A stretch of DNA of 64,000 nucleotides, from NCBI GenBank assembly GCA_050950285.1, contig JBMNHG010000002.1, positions 886,654 through 950,653 of the forward strand, in the 5' to 3' direction. Each line of letters starts with the position of its first letter. Within the stretch, counting starts at the first letter, position 1. Under the pieces are notes generated by a model. It did no database searches. It saw only the letters and a program-made list of their open reading frames with translations, and had not been told where the DNA came from. A program made the translations under genes and the position numbers. This document shows positions 1-7,839 of the stretch, piece after piece. The DNA comes from Kiritimatiellia bacterium. GTDB taxonomy: Bacteria; Verrucomicrobiota; Kiritimatiellia; RFP12; JBMNHG01.

Positions 1-1
1 G

Positions 2-949
2 GCCTCGATCGCGCAGATCCTGATCAACGTCTTCGGCGTGCTCCTCTTCATGCCCTTCATCGGACAGTACAGCAACCTGGTCGCCGCGACCGCAGACAAC
101 CTCCCGCGCCAGATCGCCAATGCGCACACCATCTTCAACGTGGCGGTCAGCCTCGTGCTGATGCCCTTCATACGCCAGATTGCCATCGTCTCGGAGTGGC
201 TGACGCCCAAGTCGCGCAAGGAAGAGAAGCCCAAGGCCGCGATCTACATCGACGAAAACCAGTTCAGCGTGCCCTCGGTGGCCCTCCGCGAAGCCGCGCG
301 CGAGCTGGTCCGGGTAGGACACATCACGGCCGAGATGGTCTTGGACGCGGGCCGTGCGCTGATCGACCTGGATCCGGAGCGGATCCGGCACGTCATCTCG
401 CGCGAGGAGGAACAGGTCGACCGGATCGACAAGGAACTGACGCGATTCATCAACCAGCTGATGAACCGCGATCTGGCCCGTGCGCAGCAGCAGCGCTGCT
501 TCCAGATCAAGAGCCTGCTGGTCGACATCGAACGCATCGGCGACATGGCCGAGGATATCGCGGGCTTCGCCCAGGAGCGGATCGACAACAACGTCCCCTT
601 CACGCCGGCGGCCGTCGCGGACCTACAGATGTTGTGCCGGCATGCGCACGAGACCTATGTGCTGGCCATCGAGTGCTTCGCGGAGTCCGACGCCGAAAAG
701 GCCCAGCACGTCTGCCAGCTCGAGAGCGAGTTCGACCGGCTCTACGAACGCACCCGGCAGGCCCACATCCGCCGTCTGGAAGCCGGCGGTTGCCAGGCGC
801 AGGCGGACGTGATCTTCACCGAAGCCCTGCGAATCCTGGAACGCATCAGCGACCATGCCGACAACCTGGCCGTCAGCGTATCCCGGGCTCATGCAGAGCG
901 GCAGGCGGACAAGTTCTCCATCCGCCGCCGGACTCCGGCCCCGGCGTGA
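2..949 (+). CDS. Na/Pi cotransporter family protein with C-terminal PhoU-like domains (5' end outside window)
   Basis: Frame is open from base 2. Contains the QIANAHTIFNV motif and two PhoU-like helical repeats (DIERIGD, ILERISDHADN). Confidence 0.85.
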   Translation, partial: ASIAQILINVFGVLLFMPFIGQYSNLVAATADNLPRQIANAHTIFNVAVSLVLMPFIRQIAIVSEWLTPKSRKEEKPKAAIYIDENQFSVPSVALREAARELVRVGHITAEMVLDAGRALIDLDPERIRHVISREEEQVDRIDKELTRFINQLMNRDLARAQQQRCFQIKSLLVDIERIGDMAEDIAGFAQERIDNNVPFTPAAVADLQMLCRHAHETYVLAIECFAESDAEKAQHVCQLESEFDRLYERTRQAHIRRLEAGGCQAQADVIFTEALRILERISDHADNLAVSVSRAHAERQADKFSIRRRTPAPA

Positions 950-1145
950 CCGGCGCCAAAGCAGTCCGCAGCCTACCGGGTTACGGAGCCGGTACCCCAT
1001 CCTTCCCGCCCAGGTCATCCACCAGCGTCATCTTCTGGATTCGCCTTCGCTCCATTTCCTGATCATCCGGCTCGTTGATCCCAACACCCGCGGTTTCTGT
1101 AACGAGGCCATTCGTCTCCACCAAACTGCCGTTCATCATGGTTAC

Positions 1146-1694
1146 TCACCAATCGGCACAACCATCCCATTCCCCGCTCCCGCTGTGATAGCTCGATACG
1201 CCACTGCAGAGAGGAAAGCGCGGGGAATCGCACCAGCCAAACGCGTAGCCATTCGTCCGCTTGACGTAGAAAGAGCCATCCCTGAGGTAAACGGACAGCG
1301 AGCGGCGATCTTCCGGAAGCATGGATTCAATCCCGTCCGGATAGTCGCCGTGTTCCCTCTTGTAGGCGTCGAGCTTGGGAATGAGCGCCTCGCAAAACTC
1401 CCTGGCCATGCGGTTCTGCTCGCGCTTCAAATGGCCTGCCCGCGACACCCCGAGCAGACTGGCCAGAAGAAACAGGCTGACACCCGTACAGATACCGGGC
1501 AACAGGCGCCATCTCCCGCAAGAGACCGCGAGCGACACTGCCGCGACGAGGAGAAGCGGCCCCGAAAGATACCGCGCCCCATACAGGGCCATTTCACCAT
1601 ACGGCATCACGCCGACCGCGAGCGACGGGCCGATCACGGCCCACACTCCACCGGCAACCAGCCCCACGATAACTGGCACTACAAGCCGCTTCAT
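1146..1694 (-). CDS. Hypothetical membrane protein (about 3 N-terminal TM helices, then a pilin/GspG-like 'LDAYKREHGDYP' segment)
   Basis: 182-aa ORF with a hydrophobic N-terminal half and GGAG upstream of the ATG. Confidence 0.6.
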   Translation of the reverse strand: MKRLVVPVIVGLVAGGVWAVIGPSLAVGVMPYGEMALYGARYLSGPLLLVAAVSLAVSCGRWRLLPGICTGVSLFLLASLLGVSRAGHLKREQNRMAREFCEALIPKLDAYKREHGDYPDGIESMLPEDRRSLSVYLRDGSFYVKRTNGYAFGWCDSPRFPLCSGVSSYHSGSGEWDGCADW

Positions 1695-1752
1695 TTCACT
1701 GGCACTCCATAAGCGATGCCGGAACCACCCGGCATGTTGTCACCTGGCAACC

Positions 1753-1781
1753 ATTCTACTATGCAAGGACACGCGTTGCAA
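1753..1781 (-). promoter_or_regulatory. Putative sigma-70 promoter for the 1146-1694 gene
   Basis: Minus strand reads TTGCAA-17 nt-TAGAAT. Confidence 0.45.
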
Positions 1782-1832
1782 GCAACCGGCCAGCGACAGC
1801 GGCAGGCCGTGTCGGTCGAATCGTCCTCGTCC

Positions 1833-1890
1833 TCGAATTAATCGAGATGATCGAATCTGTCGAATCACTCGATTCTATCGATTCCATCGA
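1833..1890. repeat. Degenerate 9-bp tandem array (TCGA core, 7 units)
   Basis: TCGA at 1833, 1842, 1851, 1860, 1869, 1878 and 1887. Confidence 0.75.
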
Positions 1891-1944
1891 AGCCCCATTC
1901 GAATCCCGCTCCCTCCGCCATAAATTCCGGGAATTGCGCAAGTA

Positions 1945-1973
1945 TTGACCAGCATGCTCAAATAGGATACAAC
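1945..1973 (+). promoter_or_regulatory. Putative sigma-70 promoter of the enhancer-binding protein gene
   Basis: TTGACC-17 nt-TACAAC; GAGGAG RBS before the ATG at 2004. Confidence 0.4.
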
Positions 1974-2003
1974 ATGCGGCGGCAAAGTTGAGGAGTTTGT
2001 ATC

Positions 2004-3488
2004 ATGGAAGCGCTTATACTGACGGGCTGGGGCTGGAAGGAATACCCCGTGGCGGCCGCCGTTGTTCTCAAGGGCATGGGCGGCATTGCCGAGGTCATGG
2101 GTATGAGCCGGCGTAGGCTCCCCGAGTTTCTCGAATCATACGGGGGCAGGGCGAGGCGGATCGTGCTGGTTGGCATCAGCCTGAGCGGCGATGAGCCGCG
2201 CCTCGCGCAGGCGCTCAAGGCGCTCGGGAAGCGTGGCGTCGGGGTGACGTGGATCAGCGCCATTGATTTCACACCCGCACAGGCGGACACCATAGCACCG
2301 CATCTGGAAGCGTTCCTTTGCCTTGACGGATCGCTGCTCGAAGCCGCGGGGCGTTTCTGCGGCGTTGACGCGGCGGTGTACGCCCCCTATGCCGAAGAGG
2401 GCAAGCGAACCACACCGGATGTCCGCGCATGGCACGAGCTGGTTGATGCCGCCATGTACGCCTATCGCAACTACCAGGACGAGGAATCCTACCCGAAGGC
2501 CATCCGCTATCTCGCCGCGGGCGTCGCCGAGAAGGCATGGGATGACGACGCGAAGCGCGTGGTTGCGCACTACCGCCGCTACGGCGGACGCGAGCTGGTC
2601 GGGAAGAGCGCGGCGATGCGGACACTACAGGAACGGATCAACCGCATTGCCACATTCCCTGATGCGCGGGTGCTGATCCTCGGCGAGAGCGGAACCGGCA
2701 AGGAGACGGTCGCACTGCAGATCCACAACAAGTCCGCGCGGCAAAACGAGCCGTTCTATGCCTTCAACTGCGCCAGCGTGACGCCCGAACTGCTGGAGAG
2801 CCGGTTCTTCGGACACGAGCGCGGCGCGTTCACGGGAGCGGACAAGCGGAAAGCGGGGCTTTTCGAGCTGGCGAACGGCGGCACGCTGTTCCTGGACGAA
2901 ATCGGCGAGCTTCCGCTGGAGGCGCAGGGCCTTCTGCTGCGCGTCCTCGATGGCGGGCGTTTCCTGCGCATGGGCGGGAGCGAGGAGATCGCCGTCGATG
3001 TCCGGCTCGTCACGGCCACGAACCGCAATCTTCCGCAGCGTGTCCGCGAGGGCCGGTTCCGCGGGGATCTCTTCATGCGGCTCAACGTCGTCCAGATCCG
3101 CATTCCCCCGCTGCGCGAGCACAAGGACGACATCTGGGACATTGCCGACGGCTGGTGGCTCCAGCATCACAAGCGGCACCTTGCCGAGGAGCAGATTGCC
3201 GCGCTGATGGAATACGACTATCCCGGCAACGTGCGCGAGCTGCTGAACCTGCTCGAGCGCGCCACCGTTCTCGGCGAAACCGATTTCACCGCGCTCGTGA
3301 ACGAGCACAGGGAGATGAACGCCGGACTCGCGGACAACGCCTCCAGCGAACTCGCGTCCGCGCCCGACGAGCTCGATGCGGCGATCCGCCTCCACGTCCG
3401 GCGCGTGTTCGACAAGTTCGGCCAGAACACCTCCAAGACCGCCGCCGCGCTCAAGGTGTCGCGGAACACGGTGAGGAAGTATCTATAA
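2004..3488 (+). CDS. Sigma-54-dependent transcriptional activator (NtrC/PspF-type AAA+, Fis-type HTH) with an atypical N-terminal domain
   Basis: Walker A GESGTGKE, GAFTGA loop, TLFLDEIG, FRGDLFMRL, YPGNVREL and C-terminal HTH (NTSKTAAALKVSRNTV). Confidence 0.95.
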   Translation: MEALILTGWGWKEYPVAAAVVLKGMGGIAEVMGMSRRRLPEFLESYGGRARRIVLVGISLSGDEPRLAQALKALGKRGVGVTWISAIDFTPAQADTIAPHLEAFLCLDGSLLEAAGRFCGVDAAVYAPYAEEGKRTTPDVRAWHELVDAAMYAYRNYQDEESYPKAIRYLAAGVAEKAWDDDAKRVVAHYRRYGGRELVGKSAAMRTLQERINRIATFPDARVLILGESGTGKETVALQIHNKSARQNEPFYAFNCASVTPELLESRFFGHERGAFTGADKRKAGLFELANGGTLFLDEIGELPLEAQGLLLRVLDGGRFLRMGGSEEIAVDVRLVTATNRNLPQRVREGRFRGDLFMRLNVVQIRIPPLREHKDDIWDIADGWWLQHHKRHLAEEQIAALMEYDYPGNVRELLNLLERATVLGETDFTALVNEHREMNAGLADNASSELASAPDELDAAIRLHVRRVFDKFGQNTSKTAAALKVSRNTVRKYL

Positions 3489-3495
3489 GGAAGCA

Positions 3496-3510
3496 TGGCA
3501 CGAATAATGC
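3496..3510 (+). promoter_or_regulatory. Sigma-54 (-24/-12) promoter
   Basis: TGGCACG-AATA-ATGC with exact GG-N10-GC spacing, just after the activator stop codon and about 50 bp before the next gene. Confidence 0.75.
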
Positions 3511-3561
3511 CCTTAATGAAAGGATGAATCCGCCGTCAACGCTTCTGGAAAGGAATGAGTG

Positions 3562-3918
3562 ATGAGTGCGCTTTGCAAGTACTGTGGACAGAAATACAAT
3601 GACGCGAGAACGCTGCTGGGCAACTCGTGCAGCCGACATCCGGATGGGCGTGGCAGGCACGCCCTGTTCGAGGGCGACACGGAAGGCCCGTTCTACTGCG
3701 TCCACTGCGGACAGAAGTACGGCGATCTGCGGTCGCTTGTCTCGAACTCGTGCACCAGGAACCCGGACGGCCGCTACCACGAGCCGTACGACGGGGATGT
3801 CGCGGGCGATTTCACGTGCAAGTACTGCGGCCGCACCTATCGCGACATCAGGAACATGGTCGCGAACTTCTGCCCCAAGAACCCGGTTCGCGGCGGGCGC
3901 CACTCCCCGGCGCGGTGA
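3562..3918 (+). CDS. Small protein of three tandem CxxC-x13-C-x~9-H putative zinc-binding repeats
   Basis: Repeats CKYCGQKY..C..HP..H, CVHCGQKY..C..NP..H and CKYCGRTY..C..NP..H. Alternative GTG start at 3559. Confidence 0.8.
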   Translation: MSALCKYCGQKYNDARTLLGNSCSRHPDGRGRHALFEGDTEGPFYCVHCGQKYGDLRSLVSNSCTRNPDGRYHEPYDGDVAGDFTCKYCGRTYRDIRNMVANFCPKNPVRGGRHSPAR

Positions 3919-3924
3919 GTTGTA

Positions 3925-5391
3925 ATGTCAACCGAGTGCCTGCTAAAGAGGGTGAAGAGCATGGAAAGTGATCGTCCAATCAAGAGTTTCTTTGTCAATC
4001 TCGCGTCTCGGTTGAGCGATGAGAACGACTTGTCGGATTTCGTGTGGGCATTGTGCCAGGCAAACGAGGGATTCAAGCAGTTCGTTCTCGATTTCTTCTT
4101 TCGGGATGAGCAGGGCGGGAAACTGAAGGCATCCGAATATCGCGTTGACCGCGAGGTGTCGCTGGCCGGCGGCAGGCCTGATTTTGTGATCACGGGAACG
4201 GATGATAAGAAGAACCGGTATTTTATCGAGATCAAGAAATGGGATCGTAATCATCACTTCAAGCAATACTTGAAGGAATTGGAAAAGGACGGCCATGATA
4301 TCCGACGGCTCGGCTATATTACGCAGTATGTGCTTGATCCGTCCAGTCTTGCAAACGGGGACAGGAACGTTGCACGGAATGGAGACAAGTGGGCTTGCCC
4401 GGTTAAAACATGGGGCCAGTTTCAGGAGGAATTGAAGCGTTGCATGGATAGTCCGGAGTCGTATCCCTGGGCGGCAGGAAGCGATGTGGCGGGGCTCTAT
4501 TGGTTTGCCCGGGCCACATGCCCCAATTATGACGCCGTAACGGAATTTACGCTTGATATCAACCGCATCAAACGTATTCAGGCATTTGCCAAGGCCTTGG
4601 ATTGGGTCGTAAAGCAGGAAGTCAATGTCGCTGTCAGCGGGCTGGACAAGAGTGTTCAGTTGAAAGGTTATTACGGCAAGCGTGATTATGAGCATTCGCT
4701 TCGTTACATCGGACGCTATTTTAAAGCTTCAGGGCTATATGAGGACCCAGTCTGGGGCTGGCTTGGCGTGTATTTCAGCAAAGATGATATCAGCGAAGAC
4801 GATGCAACGTCGGGGCTGACTCTTGAGTTTGAGAATGCTCAATGGTGGGGGGCGCCGGTTTTCGACCATCTTAAGTCGAAGAAGTCCGTACTTGATTATT
4901 GCGAACCTCTTGAACTGGATGACACCATAGAGGTGATGCAGGAGCGGATTCGTGCGTCCTTGTCAAGGATGCTTGCGAAGTGCCGGAAATCGGAACCGGT
5001 CAATAAGGCAAAGTGGGAGTCGCCTGACGAATTTATGGACGCAAGGCGAATCATGCTGTTCCTTGATCAGAATGTGCTGGTGAACAAGGATGATCTACCT
5101 ATTGTGTTCAGCTCCGGCTCTGTGCCTGGCGATGAATTTTCCTCGTCGGGCTGGATTGGAAGATATAGTTATGTGTCCTTGGAAGGTGGCGCTCCGCAAT
5201 TGATTTGGGTTGGGGTTCGATACGATGGCGTGAAGTTGACTGATCGTTCGACTCAAAGAAAGGTTACCGCAGACGGCAGCCAAGTGTTTTTGGATATTGA
5301 CGGCAAACAATATGTTCTATACAAATCGACGGAGTGGAATGCAGAGGAAATTAGGAGACGTATCCACGAAGAGCTATCAAGCCGCGCTTGA
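3925..5391 (+). CDS. PD-(D/E)XK nuclease superfamily protein with long C-terminal extension
   Basis: ENDLSD...REV...GRPDFVI...FIEIK...KQY pattern; visibly lower GC than its neighbours. Alternative start at 3961. Confidence 0.75.
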   Translation: MSTECLLKRVKSMESDRPIKSFFVNLASRLSDENDLSDFVWALCQANEGFKQFVLDFFFRDEQGGKLKASEYRVDREVSLAGGRPDFVITGTDDKKNRYFIEIKKWDRNHHFKQYLKELEKDGHDIRRLGYITQYVLDPSSLANGDRNVARNGDKWACPVKTWGQFQEELKRCMDSPESYPWAAGSDVAGLYWFARATCPNYDAVTEFTLDINRIKRIQAFAKALDWVVKQEVNVAVSGLDKSVQLKGYYGKRDYEHSLRYIGRYFKASGLYEDPVWGWLGVYFSKDDISEDDATSGLTLEFENAQWWGAPVFDHLKSKKSVLDYCEPLELDDTIEVMQERIRASLSRMLAKCRKSEPVNKAKWESPDEFMDARRIMLFLDQNVLVNKDDLPIVFSSGSVPGDEFSSSGWIGRYSYVSLEGGAPQLIWVGVRYDGVKLTDRSTQRKVTADGSQVFLDIDGKQYVLYKSTEWNAEEIRRRIHEELSSRA

Positions 5392-5639
5392 ACCGCCTAA
5401 ATCCCTTGAAACCGAACAGCACGGGAAATGCAATTGAACCCGCTGCCCAACGGAAACTCCTGCAAAACGCCTCGACCGTGATGGGTGATGGTCGGAATTT
5501 GAGCAGGTGGTAGACTTCTGAACAGCAAGCGCTGGAAAATGCCGGATCGGGTGAAGGTGTAAGTGCGAAGCACCCACTTAAACCACCCGCTTAAACCCAC
5601 TCGTAAACGGCACACTTAAACCACCCGCTTACTCCAATT

Positions 5640-5726
5640 TTCGCGCTTTTCGCGTATTTCGCGGTTCCCCTTTCCCGCAGCACCATCTAAAGCATTCGCG
5701 TGCATTGGCGTCCATTCGCGGTTCCC
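5640..5726. repeat. Two short arrays of 9-10 bp TTCGCG-type repeats, each ending in TTCGCGGTTCCC
   Basis: ttcgcgctt-ttcgcgtat-ttcgcggttccc and cattcgcgtg-cattggcgtc-cattcgcggttccc. Confidence 0.65.
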
Positions 5727-5733
5727 ATACCCG

Positions 5734-5749
5734 TGGCACGCCTTCTGCT
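5734..5749 (+). promoter_or_regulatory. Second sigma-54 (-24/-12) promoter
   Basis: TGGCACG-CCTT-CTGCT, near consensus TGGCACG-N4-TTGCW, with exact GG-N10-GC spacing. Confidence 0.75.
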
Positions 5750-5761
5750 AAATACTGGTGT

Positions 5762-5959
5762 ATGAACAGTGAATGGGCGGAGCCCCTCGGGCTCGACAAT
5801 CCGAAGCACCAGCTCGCGGCGGTTCCCGTGGCGAATGCCGGGGCGGTCATGGAGCCGTGCGCGGGACGCAAGGCGGACCTCCGCGACGGGATGCGGATGA
5901 GGATGCGAACCGCGATCGCGTTCGGTTCCGATGGCGGCACTGGCGGGGAGGAGCTGTAG
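5762..5959 (+). CDS. Possible 65-aa leader ORF or hypothetical protein
   Basis: ATG lies at about the predicted sigma-54 start site; its stop is 1 nt before the ATG at 5961. No recognisable motif. Confidence 0.3.
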   Translation: MNSEWAEPLGLDNPKHQLAAVPVANAGAVMEPCAGRKADLRDGMRMRMRTAIAFGSDGGTGGEEL

Positions 5960-5960
5960 G

Positions 5961-7838
5961 ATGGCGGCAGCGCAAGACGAACTGCGCGAGATGGTCCTCG
6001 CCGGAGCCAGGTCACGCTGGGGCTGGCTGACCGAGGACATCCGGACGCGGCTGGACTATGAGCTCGGAACTGTGGCGGAGTGCGGACAGGTGGACTACAT
6101 CCTCATGGCCGCACGGCTTGCAGCCGCCATCCGGGCGGGCGGCGGACGCATCAGCCCCGGACGCGGCGCTTGCGCAGCCTCGGCGGTGCTCTATGCGCTC
6201 GGCATCACCAATGTCGATCCTACGAAGTACGATCTCCCTTTTGAGCACTTCATGTTGCCCGAGCGCGAAAGGCAGCGGCCTGTGCTTATCGACACGGACG
6301 CCAGGGGGAACGTGGCGGCACGCGCATTCCTCACCGATGCGTATGGTGGTTACGAGGAACTGCCGCTTGACAAAGGCGCACCGCAGTTTCTCAGCGTGAA
6401 CGGATGGGAAATCTGTGTCACGCTCAATCCAGGCGTGAACCGTCTCTCGGACATGTTAGAACTCATCCGCGAGACCACGGGGGAGGTCGTTGACACCGAT
6501 CGTCTTCCCCTGGACGACAGAGCAACACTCGAGGCTTTCCGGCGTGGCGAGCTTGTCGGGATTCCACGTTACGATCATCCGGCCATCCAGAAGTCCCTCT
6601 CCTCGCTTCCGGACATGACGTTCGGCGAGCTGGTGAATCTCGGCACCCTTTCCTTTTCGTGGCTTTGCGAGCAGCGCGACGCCTACATCGCCCGCCGCCT
6701 CGGCCGGGCCAAGGCGCCTGTCGTGCATCCGCTGCTGGACGGCATCCTCGATGAGACGTGTGGCCTGGTCGTTTATGTCGAGCAGATACTGCTCATCCTG
6801 CGCCGGCTCGCCGGTTTCACGCGGGGCGAGGCCTACCAGTGCCAGCGTGCCATCGGGAAGCGGAAGCGCGAGACAATGGAGCAGTTCGCGCAGAAGTTCG
6901 TTTCCGGGTGCATGAACAATCCGGCTTTCCGCATTGGCGAATGTGCCGACGAGGAACAGGCGACCGGCGTTGCCGAGGCCCTCTGGAACGACATCGAGCA
7001 GAATGGGTGGCGCGCATTCATTAAGGGCCATGTCGTGGCTGCCGCCCGCCTGGCGTATGAACTGGGGTATCTGCAATGCCATTATCGTTCCGAGTGGATC
7101 TATCTCGACGGAAAGGAAGTGCGTCCTGAACCACGGCGCTCGGTCGCAAGTGAGATGGTGGAGCTCTATCACATCTCCAACGCTCTCGATAGCGGATGCC
7201 GCGTGACGCTCCTCATGCGCCATGCCGAGCGTCCGCCTCTCGGGCCGGGGGACACGACGTCCGGCGAACGGTTGCCGCTTACGATGGACGGCATCGGGCA
7301 GGCGCGGGACTTCGGCGCGTTCCTGTCGGGCCGGGTTTCTCCCGCGGGGGTTCGGATATTCGCTGGGAACACGCTACGCGCGATCCAGACCGCCGAGGTG
7401 ATCAGGGACGCCCTTGAGGACGGTTCCGGGACGAGGGCGCGCGACATCGGGCTTGTTCCGGAACTCGGCAGTGATTCGCCGTTCTTCGGGGAGCGCGACG
7501 AGCGGATGGCGCTGATTGCCGGGGGACGGTACCTGGAGCGGCTGAACGACTACTTTGGCACGGGGATCCAGCAGGGCTACCGTCCGCTGGCGGCCGCAAC
7601 GGATGCGATGGAGCGCGCCCTGGAGAGGCTGGAGGGGCGGCACAAGGAGGTCGTGGTCGCCATCACCCACGACATCAACGTGGCGGCATTCCTCGCCGGA
7701 CGCGGCGTTGTCGCCGCCTTCGACGAGGAGACGTGGCCGCACTACGGCGATGCGGCGGTGATCATCCGCAAAGACGAGGGCGAAATCGAATACGGCTACT
7801 ACCGCCGTGATTACACACCGGACGACGAAGTTGATTAG
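5961..7838 (+). CDS. Degenerate DNA polymerase III alpha (DnaE) palm/finger fragment fused to a histidine phosphatase domain
   Basis: DnaE-like: RLDYEL..., PGRGACAASAVLYALGITNVDP.KYDLPFEHF, LPLDD, ILDETCGLVVYVEQI...LAGFT.GEA...RAIGKRK, FIKGH. Phosphatase: LLMRHAER, RAIQTA, ITHD. GAGGAG RBS upstream. Confidence 0.8.
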   Translation: MAAAQDELREMVLAGARSRWGWLTEDIRTRLDYELGTVAECGQVDYILMAARLAAAIRAGGGRISPGRGACAASAVLYALGITNVDPTKYDLPFEHFMLPERERQRPVLIDTDARGNVAARAFLTDAYGGYEELPLDKGAPQFLSVNGWEICVTLNPGVNRLSDMLELIRETTGEVVDTDRLPLDDRATLEAFRRGELVGIPRYDHPAIQKSLSSLPDMTFGELVNLGTLSFSWLCEQRDAYIARRLGRAKAPVVHPLLDGILDETCGLVVYVEQILLILRRLAGFTRGEAYQCQRAIGKRKRETMEQFAQKFVSGCMNNPAFRIGECADEEQATGVAEALWNDIEQNGWRAFIKGHVVAAARLAYELGYLQCHYRSEWIYLDGKEVRPEPRRSVASEMVELYHISNALDSGCRVTLLMRHAERPPLGPGDTTSGERLPLTMDGIGQARDFGAFLSGRVSPAGVRIFAGNTLRAIQTAEVIRDALEDGSGTRARDIGLVPELGSDSPFFGERDERMALIAGGRYLERLNDYFGTGIQQGYRPLAAATDAMERALERLEGRHKEVVVAITHDINVAAFLAGRGVVAAFDEETWPHYGDAAVIIRKDEGEIEYGYYRRDYTPDDEVD

Positions 7839-7839
7839 T

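Noticed and set aside
981..1139. 52-aa minus-strand ORF downstream of the 1146-1694 gene
   Set aside because: Short, with no motif or independent support.
1833..1890. Short repeat arrays here and at 9848 and 33410 as CRISPR arrays
   Set aside because: Units are 9-10 bp with no unique spacers, and no cas genes are present.
5571..5631. CACTTAAACCACCCGCTTA repeated segments
   Set aside because: Only two clear copies plus degenerate pieces; no function can be supported.
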